Below, piece by piece: positions 39,961 through 53,680 of a stretch of DNA of 64,000 nt. Every line of letters begins with the position of its first letter. Position 1 is the first letter of the stretch. Position numbers and translations under genes: made by a program. The notes below the pieces were generated by a model, which saw only the letters and a program-made list of their open reading frames with translations, did no database searches and was not told where the DNA came from. The stretch comes from Eledone cirrhosa (taxonomy: Eukaryota), in NCBI GenBank assembly GCA_964016885.1, contig OZ024743.1:366482001-366546000 (forward strand), in the 5' to 3' direction.

Positions 39961-40017
39961 GTGTATATATATATATTCCCCTCTCTCTTCCCCTTCCCCT
40001 CTCTCTCTCTCTTAGCT

Positions 40018-41543
<1,526 letters not shown>

Positions 41544-41840
41544 CATCATCATCATCATCACCGTTTTACGTCCGTTCTTCCACGCTAGCATGGGTTAGAC
41601 GGGTTGTCCTGTTGTGGGCAGTGTCTGGTCGGCTGACCATGCCTTGCTCATACAGGAACTGATCTGGCTTGATTTCTACAGCTGGATGCCCTTCCTAACA
41701 CCAACCTCATTTACAGTGAGTGCTGGGTGCTTTTTCGTGGCGCCTACACGTCCACTTTACAGTGTGGGCTGGGTGCTTTTTTGCCGTGGCACCTCCACGA
41801 CCACCTTGCGGTGGGGGGGGGGGCATATTGTTTATATGCT

Positions 41841-44800
41841 TCAGCATGTACCCATGGGAGGTCGGGTACCCTGTATTACTGCGTGACGCCAGAAGTCACG
41901 GTCGTGTGTCATTGACTTTGAGAGGTGTAGTTGGGTAAGGTCGGCTTTTATCACCTCATCCCAAGTCATCTTGGGTCTCCCCACTCCGCGGTTTCCATCA
42001 ACTTCTAGTGCTCTGCACCTTTTTATGCAGCTGTCATCCTTCATACGCATCACATGTCCATTCCAGCGTAACCGCCTCTCCTGCACGCAGCATTTGATTC
42101 CTCTTATGCTCAGTCTCTCTCTCAATTCATTTATGCTTTGTCGTTCACGTATATTACTGTTACACATCCATCGGAGCATGCAGGCTTCGTTTCTCTCTAA
42201 TCTACGTAAGTCTTCCACCTTCAGCGCCCAGGTCTCACTACCATGCAACATCGCTGTTCGGATACACGCATCATACAGTCTGCCTTTCATTCTGAGGGAG
42301 AAGCCTTTTGCAGCTAGCAGTGGTAGTAGTTCCCTAAACTTCTTCCATCCCGTTCTTACCCTAGTTATTGTACTTTCTGAGCACCCACCTCCGTTGCTAA
42401 TTCGGTCACCTAGGTAGCAGAAGCTGTCTACTGTTTCTACAGGGCCCTCCCAGAGATTGGTGGTACTTGTTTCCTGTGGCTGTTTGCTTGCTGTTTCAGC
42501 ACAGCTGCTGCATGTGAATCCTACATTCTTAATTAAGCTTCCTGAGATCCCGCTACATCTCTTGTGTACCCATTGTTTGCATTTGGGGCAAAGAATGGAG
42601 TTCCTACCTACACCTTTCCTACATACTGAGCAAGGCCATTTCCCTGAGGGGATCTGGGTTCTGTTTTCTCGTCTACTTATAAGGACCTTAGTCTTTGTCA
42701 TGTTGACTTTGAGGCCCTTTCTCTCTAGTCCCTGCTTCCAGGTTTGGAATTTATTCTCTAGTTCTACCATAGATTCAGCTATGAGTGCGAGGTCATCAGC
42801 ATACAGGAGTTCCCATGGGCATCCGGTCTTAAACTCCTCCGTTATTGCCTGCAGGACTATGATGAACAGGAGAGGGCTAAGAACAGAGCCCTGGTGGACC
42901 CCAACCTGTACGCTAAATTCCTCGCTATACTCATTGCCAATCCTAACTTTGCTGACTGCTCCCCTATACATGGCTTGTACCGCTTTCACAAGCCATTCAT
43001 CTACTCCTAGTTTTCTAAGAGCCCACCAGATTACTGCACGTGGAACTCTGTCAAAGGCTTTCTCAAGGTCGACAAATGCCAAGTAGAGTGGCTTACTTTT
43101 AGCTAGGTACTTTTCCTGTAATTGCCTCACAAGGAAGAGCGCATCAGTGGTGCCTTTCCCTGGAACAAACCCAAATTGCATCTCGTCTATATTCACCCGG
43201 TCCCTAATCAGCTGTGCTATAACTCTTTCTGTTACTTTCATGACCTGGTCCATCAACTTTATACCTCTATAGTTTCCTCTATCTAGTGCATCGCCTTTAC
43301 CTTTGTAGCAGTTGACAATGATGCTACTGCACCAATCTTTTGGTATGGCCCCCTCTAGTATTACCTGGTTAACGATACGTGTGGTTATAGTGTGACCTAC
43401 AGACCCAGATGCCTTCAGCATCTCGGCAGCTATACCCGATGGACCGGTTGCCTTCCCTATCTTCATATCTCTGATTGCCTTACTTACTACGCTGCCGCTG
43501 ACTTGTACTGCTGGTCCCTCTATAGGGTCTACGTGGGGTAGGGTCTCTTCTTCCCATGCATTCTCCTCATTTAGTAATCTATCATAATGACTCTTCCATG
43601 CATCTTTCTTCTCAGCACTTGTGAGGGCAAGCTCACCTTTATCATTCCGGATACACTTCTCTCCAATGACATCACAACTATCTCTGACACACTGCCTCGC
43701 AATCTTGAATACCTCCTGTTTCTGGTCCTCACGTTGTAAAACATGCTTGAATTTTCTATCCTCTGCTTCCCTCCTAGCTAAGTATACTTGTCGCCTAGCT
43801 TCCCTCTTGGTCTCTATGTAATGTACCCTGCTCCCCCCGTTCTTCCATTCTTTCCATGCCTGTCTCTTGGCCTTGACTGCTTCATCTACCTTATTGTTCC
43901 ACCACCAAGTCACTCTCCTCCTGCTTGAGGTCTTACTCCAGCCACAAACCTCATCCGTCGCCTCTAGTAAGTTATTTTTTAGGAACTCCCAGTTCTCTTC
44001 TACGTTAAATGTCTCTATCTGTTCTTCTTTACTGTCGTAGGCGTTGAGTAAAATATCTTTAAATCTGTTACTGGTTGAGGGGACTTTCAGCTTCCAGATC
44101 TTTCTTCTCCAGGTTGGCCTCTGTTTCAGGGCTCGTCTAGTTCTGACCGTGAGGTCGCTGACAACTAAGCTATGTTGGGATGTACATTCCTCACTAGGGA
44201 AGGCTTTTGTGTTTACGACCGTCCATCTGTCACGTCCTCTGATGAGGATAAAATCTAACTGACTAGAGTGCTCCCCTGATCTATAGGTGATCAGGTGGTT
44301 GTCGGGTTTTTTAAAGTTTGTGTTACATATCGACATGTCATTGGCGTCGCAGAATTCTAGAAGTCTGAATCCTTCCTCATTCCTTGTGCCAACTCCATGG
44401 CCTCCATGTACTCTATTGAAGCCGTCGCAGTGTTTACCTACGTGTCCGTTAAAATCTCCTGCAATGATTAGGAAGTCCTTGTCGTCTGTTAGAGCAGTAG
44501 TGTGTATTAGGGACTCGTAAAACCTATCCTTAAGTTCGTCTGGCAGCCCCGATTGGGGTGCGTAAGCTGATATTATTGTGGTAATTGTCTTATTCAGGAC
44601 TAGTCTGAGTTTAATGATTCTTGCATTTACCCTGTACACTGAGATTACTTTATCTACCCACTTGTCAGCTAATAGTATACCTACACCACCCATCCCATCG
44701 TCATTTCCCACCCAGAAAAATTTGTAGCACTGGCTTTTTCCTACAAGGACTCTAGCAGACCCTCCTCTCCATCTAGTCTCTTGCACACAGCATACATCAA

Positions 44801-44960
44801 CTTCCTTTCGCTCTAGCATTTCTACGATTTCTCCTGCTCTTCCTTTCATTGAGCCTACATTGATGGTACCAACTCGGAGTTTTGGGCATTTGTCGACACT
44901 CGTAGGGGAGGGTCTCTGGGTTGGCGCTTCACGTGGGTGCTTGGTAGCTCGCAGATTCAT
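41841..44960 (-). CDS. Intact RTE ORF, 1039 aa: APE endonuclease, reverse transcriptase and C4HC3 finger
   Basis: TINVGSM, QETRW, AYAPQ, GDFNGHVG, SQH; [23 protein letters not shown]; CSVC..CPKC..HKRC..CSSC; GRPKMTW. Confidence 0.97.
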   Translation of the reverse strand: MNLRATKHPREAPTQRPSPTSVDKCPKLRVGTINVGSMKGRAGEIVEMLERKEVDVCCVQETRWRGGSARVLVGKSQCYKFFWVGNDDGMGGVGILLADKWVDKVISVYRVNARIIKLRLVLNKTITTIISAYAPQSGLPDELKDRFYESLIHTTALTDDKDFLIIAGDFNGHVGKHCDGFNRVHGGHGVGTRNEEGFRLLEFCDANDMSICNTNFKKPDNHLITYRSGEHSSQLDFILIRGRDRWTVVNTKAFPSEECTSQHSLVVSDLTVRTRRALKQRPTWRRKIWKLKVPSTSNRFKDILLNAYDSKEEQIETFNVEENWEFLKNNLLEATDEVCGWSKTSSRRRVTWWWNNKVDEAVKAKRQAWKEWKNGGSRVHYIETKREARRQVYLARREAEDRKFKHVLQREDQKQEVFKIARQCVRDSCDVIGEKCIRNDKGELALTSAEKKDAWKSHYDRLLNEENAWEEETLPHVDPIEGPAVQVSGSVVSKAIRDMKIGKATGPSGIAAEMLKASGSVGHTITTRIVNQVILEGAIPKDWCSSIIVNCYKGKGDALDRGNYRGIKLMDQVMKVTERVIAQLIRDRVNIDEMQFGFVPGKGTTDALFLVRQLQEKYLAKSKPLYLAFVDLEKAFDRVPRAVIWWALRKLGVDEWLVKAVQAMYRGAVSKVRIGNEYSEEFSVQVGVHQGSVLSPLLFIIVLQAITEEFKTGCPWELLYADDLALIAESMVELENKFQTWKQGLERKGLKVNMTKTKVLISRRENRTQIPSGKWPCSVCRKGVGRNSILCPKCKQWVHKRCSGISGSLIKNVGFTCSSCAETASKQPQETSTTNLWEGPVETVDSFCYLGDRISNGGGCSESTITRVRTGWKKFRELLPLLAAKGFSLRMKGRLYDACIRTAMLHGSETWALKVEDLRRLERNEACMLRWMCNSNIRERQSINELRERLSIRGIKCCVQERRLRWNGHVMRMKDDSCIKRCRALEVDGNRGVGRPKMTWDEVIKADLTQLHLSKSMTHDRDFWRHAVIQGTRPPMGTC

Positions 44961-45275
44961 ATTTCATCTATTGATTCAGAGTTGCTCGTGTATTCCCAGC
45001 TCATCCATCCCTAACGGTGGGAAAATTGAGGGCTAGAAGGACAGTGGTGGTGGGGTAATGGCAGGGTGTGTTGGGATGCGCCAGAGGAGGAGAGAGTTAG
45101 TTGGGCAGGTAGTAGCAGCAGCAGCAGTGGAAATGGCATGCTAGGTTTGATTGGTCGAATAGGCTATGGTGATGTGTGGGGGTGGGGGGGGAGGGAAATT
45201 GTGAGGTAGGAACTGAGGGTCGCATGGTAAATATCCAAGTTAATACTACATCAGTAAAATTAACAATAATAACGT

Positions 45276-48200
45276 CATGAAAAAAGCTACTAAGAGAAAC
45301 CCTCGAAAATTTATCGCTAATACAGCAGGGAAAATTTAACGCTAATACAGCAGGGAACATCATAATATTAACGACATGAAAAAGCTACTAAGAGAAACCC
45401 TCGAAAATTTATCGCTAATACAGCAGGGAAAATTTAACGCTAATACAGCAGGGAACATCATAATATTAACGACATGAAAAAGCTACTAAGAGAAACCCTC
45501 GAAAATTTATCGCTAATACAGCAGGGAAAATTTAACGCTAATACAGCAGGGAACATCATAATATTAACGACATGAAAAAGCTACTAAGAGAAACCCTCGA
45601 AAATTTATCGCTAATACAGCAGGGAAAATTTAACGCTAATACAGCAGGGAACATCATAATATTAACGACAATATGTAGGCTAAAATACCTTCGTAGATTA
45701 GGTGGATGGCTGGCTGGGAAAATTTGAATCAGCTCTAGTGGTACATTTTAGCAGAGAAGAATGGCAAAGTGTCTTATCTCTTCAATATTTTCAGATTGAA
45801 TGAATTAGGTTAAAGACAGGGTAGTAAGCCTTAAAGAAGTGCATAGAGGGGGGGGGGGGGTAGGAACTGAGGGTCGCATGGTAAATAACTGAGAGAGATA
45901 CAATAGGATTAGAATACCGCATGGTAAATATCCAAGTTAATAAGTTAATACTACATCAGTAAAATTAACAATAATAACGTCATGAAAAAAGCTACTAAGA
46001 GAAACCCTCGAAAATTTATCGCTAATACAGCAGGGAAAATTTAACGCTAATACAGCAGGGAACATCATAATATTAACGACATGAAAAAGCTACTAAGAGA
46101 AACCCTCGAAAATTTATCGCTAATACAGCAGGGAAAATTTAACGCTAATACAGCAGGGAACATCATAATATTAACGACATGAAAAAGCTACTAAGAGAAA
46201 CCCTCGAAAATTTATCGCTAATACAGCAGGGAAAATTTAACGCTAATACAGCAGGGAACATCATAATATTAACGACATGAAAAAGCTACTAAGAGAAACC
46301 CTCGAAAATTTATCGCTAATACAGCAGGGAAAATTTAACGCTAATACAGCAGGGAACATCATAATATTAACGACATGAAAAAGCTACTAAGAGAAACCCT
46401 CGAAAATTTATCGCTAATACAGCAGGGAAAATTTAACGCTAATACAGCAGGGAACATCATAATATTAACGACATGAAAAAGCTACTAAGAGAAACCCTCG
46501 AAAATTTATCGCTAATACAGCAGGGAAAATTTAACGCTAATACAGCAGGGAACATCATAATATTAACGACAATATGTAGGCTAAAATACCTTCGTAGATT
46601 AGGTGGATGGCTGGCTGGGAAAATTTGAATCAGCTCTAGTGGTACATTTTAGCAGAGTAGAATGGCAAAGTGTCTTATCTCTTCAATATTTTCAGATTGA
46701 ATGAATTAGGTTAAAGACAGGGTAGTAAGCCTTAAAGAAGTGCATAGAGGGGGGGGGGGTAGGAACTGAGGGTCGCATGGTAAATAACTGAGAGAGATAC
46801 AATAGGATTAGAATACCGCATGGTAAATATCCAAGTTAATAAGTTAATACTACATCAGTAAAATTAACAATAATAACGTCATGAAAAAAGCTACTAAGAG
46901 AAACCCTCGAAAATTTATCGCTAATACAGCAGGGAAAATTTAACGCTAATACAGCAGGGAACATCATAATATTAACGACATGAAAAAGCTACTAAGAGAA
47001 ACCCTCGAAAATTTATCGCTAATACAGCAGGGAAAATTTAACGCTAATACAGCAGGGAACATCATAATATTAACGACATGAAAAAGCTACTAAGAGAAAC
47101 CCTCGAAAATTTATCGCTAATACAGCAGGGAAAATTTAACGCTAATACAGCAGGGAACATCATAATATTAACGACAATATGTAGGCTAAAATACCTTCGT
47201 AGATTAGGTGGATGGCTGGCTGGGAAATTTGAATCAGCTCTAGTGGTACATTTTAGCAGAGAAGAATGGCAAAGTGTCTTATCTCTTCAATATTTTCAGA
47301 TTGAATGAATTAGGTTAAAGACAGGGTAGTAAGCCTTAAAGAAGTGCATAGAGGGGGGGGGGGGTAGGAACTGAGGGTCGCATGGTAAATAACTGAGAGA
47401 GATACAATAGGATTAGAATACCGCATGGTAAATATCCAAGTTAATAAGTTAATACTACATCAGTAAAATTAACAATAATAACGTCATGAAAAAAGCTACT
47501 AAGAGAAACCCTCGAAAATTTATCGCTAATACAGCAGGGAAAATTTAACGCTAATACAGCAGGGAACATCATAATATTAACGACATGAAAAAGCTACTAA
47601 GAGAAACCCTCGAAAATTTATCGCTAATACAGCAGGGAAAATTTAACGCTAATACAGCAGGGAACATCATAATATTAACGACATGAAAAAGCTACTAAGA
47701 GAAACCCTCGAAAATTTATCGCTAATACAGCAGGGAAAATTTAACGCTAATACAGCAGGGAACATCATAATATTAACGACATGAAAAAGCTACTAAGAGA
47801 AACCCTCGAAAATTTATCGCTAATACAGCAGGGAAAATTTAACGCTAATACAGCAGGGAACATCATAATATTAACGACATGAAAAAGCTACTAAGAGAAA
47901 CCCTCGAAAATTTATCGCTAATACAGCAGGGAAAATTTAACGCTAATACAGCAGGGAACATCATAATATTAACGACAATATGTAGGCTAAAATACCTTCG
48001 TAGATTAGGTGGATGGCTGGCTGGGAAAATTTGAATCAGCTCTAGTGGTACATTTTAGCAGAGAAGAATGGCAAAGTGTCTTATCTCTTCAATATTTTCA
48101 GATTGAATGAATTAGGTTAAAGACAGGGTGGTAAGCCTTAAAGAAGTGCATAGAGGGGGGGGGGGGTAGGAACTGAGGGTCGCATGGTAAATAACTGAGA

Positions 48201-48581
48201 GAGATACAATAGGATTAGAATACCGCATGGTAAATATCCAAGTTAATAAGTTAATACTACATCAGTAAAATTAACAATAATAACGTCATGAAAAAAGCTA
48301 CTAAGAGAAACCCTCGAAAATTTATCGCTAATACAGCAGGGAAAATTTAACGCTAATACAGCAGGGAACATCATAATATTAACGACATGAAAAAGCTACT
48401 AAGAGAAACCCTCGAAAATTTATCGCTAATACAGCAGGGAAAATTTAACGCTAATACAGCAGGGAACATCATAATATTAACGACATGAAAAAGCTACTAA
48501 GAGAAACCCTCGAAAATTTATCGCTAATACAGCAGGGAAAATTTAACGCTAATACAGCAGGGAACATCATAATATTAACGA
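45276..48581. repeat. Higher-order tandem array: 98-bp monomer x(4,6,3,5,3) separated by about 311-bp near-identical linkers
   Basis: blocks 45276-45668, 45981-46569, 46880-47174, 47485-47975 and 48287-48581; the monomer contains a 25-bp internal duplication. Confidence 0.97.
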
Positions 48582-48602
48582 TATATATATATATATATAT
48601 AT

Positions 48603-51600
48603 AAGATAAGTTCTCCGTCATGTTTATTCACTTTCGCCAATCCATCGCTGCTTCAACTATTCCTACTACGGTGTACCATGTAAATCGTAAAGTACAAATT
48701 TTTCTCTATCCAACGCTCAATTTCGTACATAGTCCAAACATCCAATCTCGCAAAATCCGAAATCTGTATTTTTGTTACCTATTTAAGGTTTAAATACGGT
48801 GTTTTTGTCGTATTGAACAGAACAAATCTTGCAGTTTTGCTTTTTGTTAAATCGCTTGTTAAACATTCATAACCTTCCAGCTAGCTACCCCACACCCCTC
48901 CCACCCGCCCCACACACCACCATTCTTAATACGTGGACCAATCATAAGCCAGAGCCCCCCCCTCCCCACGCATCACCATTATTATTATTACGCAGACCAA
49001 TCATAAGCCAGAGGCCTATACTATCGCTTGCCCGGTTGCCTTCGATATGTGATGGATGGATGGATGGACGGACTGCGGAATCCTGGAGAGTGGAAGGGAG
49101 AGAAAAATCTGGACGCTCAGAGCGAAAATGCCAAAGTTAAAGTCAAATTCACCTCGTGGACGAGAATGCGAGCACTCCTCTTTGTTTCGTCCGCGGATGG
49201 CTAACATAACCCTATCTCCCCCCGCCCCCCACCACCCCCACCCTCCAAACGCAACCCAAAACTTCAGAGTTGGTACCATAAATGTAGGCACCCTAAAGGG
49301 TCGCGCTAACGAGGTTGTAGAAATGCTTGAACGTAAGGAGGTCGATGTTTGTTGTATTCAAGAGACCAGGTGGAGGGGTGGGTCTGCTAGATTCATTGAG
49401 GGTAAAAAACGATGTTATAAGCTTTTCTGGGTGGGAAACGACGATGGGCTGGGTGGAGTAGGAATCATGGTAGCAGAAAAGTGGGCAGATAAGATAATAG
49501 ACGTAAATAGAGTGAACGACAGAATAATTAAAATACGACTTGTCCTCAATAGAAAGTTATGTTGGTCCCCTCCACCCCACCACACCGCCCCTTTCAATGT
49601 AAAGTTATGTTGGTCCCACAACATCCAGGCCGAAACAAATGAGATCGTGTAGGTGTCACGACAAAAAACACACAGTCCACGCTGTAAATGTGGCCGTGTA
49701 GGCAACACGGTAAAAACCTCCCAGCCCCACACTGTAAATGTGGTTGGTGTTAGGAAGGGCATCCAGCTGTAGAAAACCCGCCAGACAGTCCACGCTGTAA
49801 TGTGGCCGTGTAGGCAACACGGTAAAAACCTCCCAGCCCCACACTGTAAATGTGGTTGGTGTTAGGAAGGGCATCCAACTGTAGAAAACCCGCCAGACAG
49901 TCCTATGCGAGCAAGACAACCACTCTTGCCTCAAGTGGGAAAACCCCCGTCCAAACCCATGCAAGCGTGGAACACGGACGCTAAACCTGATGATGATGAT
50001 GATGATGATGAGAACTACGGTGACAGTAATATCTGCGTACGCACCCCAATCCGGACTGCCCGGCACTATAAAAGACAGATTCTATGAGACACTGTTGCTA
50101 ACTACCTCCCAAATATCTGACAGTGACTATATAATTATTGCAGGTGACCTAAATGGTCACGTTGGACAACATTGTGACGGCTACGACGAAATCCATGGAG
50201 GCTATGGGTTTGGCACTAGAAATGAGGAAGGCTCCAGAATCCTGGAATTCTGTGATGCAAATAACCTAACTATCTGTAACACTAACTTCAAAAAACGTGA
50301 CTATCACCTGATCACCTATAGATCCGGGGAACACACAAGCCAGGTAGATTATATCCTTACCAGAAGACGTGACAGAGTGTCTGTTGTAAACACTAAATCC
50401 CTCCCCCATGAAGAATTCACCTCCCAACATAGACTGATAATTAGCGACCTCATAGTCAGGACGAGACGTACTCGACAGCAGAAGAGGACTATCCTCAGGA
50501 GGAAAATATGGAAACTAAAGGACCCCACAGCCAGAAATAAATTTCAAAGCATATTACTTGATGCTTTCGACAGTAAGGAAGAGCATCTAGAATCGGACAA
50601 TATAGAGGGACAGTGGGAATTTCTGAAAGCAAACCTGCTGTTGGCGACAGACGAAGTCTGTGGCTGGAGCAGGCCTGTAGGCAGGAGGAGAGTAACATGG
50701 TGGTGGAACAGTAGGGTGGAGGGGTCAATTAAGGCCAAAAAGCAGGCTTGGGAAGTATGGCGGGATGGGGGAAGTACAGAAGACTATCAAGTGGCCAGGA
50801 GGGAAGCTAGGAGAGAAGTGTACTTAGCAAGAAGGGAAGCTGAGGAAAGAAAGTTCAAGCATGTTCTACAACGCGATGACCAAAAACGTGAGGTGTTCAG
50901 GATTGCTAGGCAATGCGTCAAGGAAAACCGTGATATTGTCGGGGAGAAGTGTGTACTTAACGATGATGGCATACTTGCCATCACCGACACTGATAAGAAG
51001 GTAGCTTGGAAGTGTCACTATGAAAGGCTACTAAATGAGGAGAACAAATGGGAGAAAGACAGTCTCCCCCATATCGACCCAATAGAGGGACCAGCAGTGT
51101 TAGTCGAGGGGAGTATAATAAGTAAGGCAATCAAGGATATGAAGACGGGTAAGGCGGCTGGGCCTTCGGAAATAGTTGCTGAGATGCTGAAGGCATCTGG
51201 CACGGTGGGACACACCATGGTCACCCGCATAGTTAACCAAGTCATACAGAATGGGGTTGTTCCGAAGGACTGGCATAGCAGCATCATCGTTAACTGTTAT
51301 AAGGGTAAAGGAGACGCCCTAGATAGGAGTAACTATAGAGGCATTAAATTAATCGACCAGGTCATGAAGGTCACGGAAAAAGTAATAGCGCAACTAATCA
51401 GAGAGAGAATTGACCTAGATGAAATGCAGTTCGGGTTTGTGTCGGGCAAAAGCACCACAGACGCTCTTTTCATAGTACGACAACTACAGGAGAAGTACCT
51501 AGCTAAAGGTAAACCCCTCTACTTAGCTTTTGTCGACCTGGAGAAAGCCTTCGACAGAGTCCCCCGCTCCATTATCTGGTGGGCTCTTAGAAAACTAGGC

Positions 51601-53130
51601 GTTGACGAATGGCTTGTGAGGGCTATACAAGCCATGTATAAAGAAACAGTCAGCAAGGTTAGAATTAACAACGAATATAGTGAAGAGTTTAGCGTAAAAG
51701 TTGGCGTCCATCAGGGCTCTGTTCTCAGCCCCTACTATTTATTATTGCCCTTCAGGCTATAACAGAGGAGTTCAAGACAGGCTGCCCATGGGAACTCCTA
51801 TACACAGACGACCTGAAACTCATAGCGGAATCAATGGCCGAGCTAGAGAAGAAATTCCAAACATGGAAGCACGGCCTAGAGTCAAAAGGACTTAAAATTA
51901 ACCTGGCTAAGACCAAAGTTCTAGTTTGTAGGAAAGAAAACAAGGCGGCGGTCCCTTCTGGGAAATGGTCGTGCTCGGTGTGTAGGAAAGGCGTAGGTAG
52001 AAACTCCATTTTATGTCCTAAATGCAAAGTATGGGTGCATAAAAGATGTAGTGGGATCACAGGTAAGCTAACTAAGAACATAGATTTTACATGTGGCCGG
52101 TGTTCTGGTGCAATAAGTAGCAGCAAGTGCCCACACAATACTAGCTCTTTCAATTGCGCAGAGGGTTCTATAGAAATAGTGGACAGCTTCCGTTACCTGG
52201 GCGATAAAATCAGCAGTGGGGGAGGGTGCTCTGAAAGTACTGTAGCTAGAGTCAGAACTGGTTGGAAAAAGTTCAGAGAGCTTATACCACTATTAGCTGC
52301 TAAAGGGTTCTCCCTAAAAATGAAAGGCAGGTTGTACGATGCCTGCATACGAACAGCAATGTTGCATGGCAGTGAGACCTGGGCATTGTGTGCAGAGGAT
52401 ATACGCAGACTAGAGAGGAACGAAGCTTGCATGCTCCGCTGGATGTGTAACAGTAATATACGTGAACGGCAAAGCATAAACGAACTAAGGAAAAAATTAG
52501 AGATAAGAGGGATCAGATGTTGTTTACTCGAGAGAAGGCTGCGTTGGTATGGACACGTGATGCGCATGAAAGTCGATAGCTGTATAACAAAGTGCAGGGC
52601 AATGAAGATAGACGGTAGCCACGGAATAGGCAGACCTAGAAAAACCTGGGATGAGCTGATAAACTCCGACCTCACACACTTACACCTCTCCAAGACAATG
52701 TCACTGGACCGAGACCTTTGGCGGTACTCAGTAACAGAGAAGACCCGCCTTGCCAGTAGGCATCTCTAACAAAATACACCCCGTCCCGCCACCACCCCCA
52801 CCCCATCCACACCACCCCGTTCTATGTAAAGTTATGTTGGTGCCGCGCCATCCAGGCCGAAACAAATGAGATCGTGTAGGTGTCACGACAAAAAAACACA
52901 CAGTCCACGCTGTAATGTGGCCGTGTAGGCAACACGGTAAAAACCTCCCAGACCCACACTGTAAATGTGGTTGGTGTTAGGAAGGGCATCCAACTGTAGA
53001 AAACCTGCCAGACAGTCCTATGCGAGCAAGACAATCACTCTTGCCTCAAGTGGGACTACCCCGTCCAAACCCATGCAAGCATGGAACACGGACGTTAAAC
53101 GTTGATGATGATGATGATGATGATGATGAT
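48603..53130 (+). mobile_element. RTE family B, full-length, disrupted (older subfamily)
   Basis: 5' UTR with GC box and two ccaatc motifs; ATG at 49128; nested insertion 49553-50010; -1 frameshift at about 51730; single 3' UTR unit. Confidence 0.95.
49553..50010 (+). mobile_element. RTE family B 3' UTR fragment nested inside the APE domain of another B copy
   Basis: interrupts VLN-RTTVTV; agaa repeated at both junctions; (ATG)7 tail. Confidence 0.92.
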
Positions 53131-53161
53131 ATATATATGTATATATATATGTATCTATATG

Positions 53162-53192
<31 letters not shown>

Positions 53193-53305
53193 GTATATAT
53201 ATATATGTATATATATATATGTATATATATATGTATATATATGTATGTGTATGTATATATATGTATGTGTATATATATGTATATGTATATATATATATGT
53301 ATATG

Positions 53306-53336
<31 letters not shown>

Positions 53337-53369
53337 GTATATATATGTATGTGTATATATATGTATATG

Positions 53370-53400
<31 letters not shown>

Positions 53401-53490
53401 GTATATATATGTATGTGTATATATATGTGTATGTGTATATATATGTATATGTGTATATATATGTATATGTGTATATATATGTATATGTAT

Positions 53491-53524
<34 letters not shown>

Positions 53525-53556
53525 ATATGTGTATATATATATGTATATGTATATAT

Positions 53557-53648
<92 letters not shown>

Positions 53649-53680
53649 GTGTGTATATGTATATATATATATATATATAT
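53131..53680. repeat. G-interrupted (TA)n array, about 550 bp
   Basis: read directly from the sequence. Confidence 0.95.

Larger units (their letters stand above)
41544..48581 (-). mobile_element. RTE family A, full-length and potentially active (array assigned to the 5' region by inference)
   Basis: (ATC)n tail, 3' UTR, intact ORF, 5' UTR with a CCAAT box at about 45150, continuous with the tandem array up to (TA)n at 48582. Confidence 0.9.

Noticed and set aside
45276-48581. CRISPR-like repeat/spacer appearance
   Set aside because: Monomers are 98 bp and directly tandem, linkers are near-identical rather than unique, there are no cas genes, and the context is eukaryotic.
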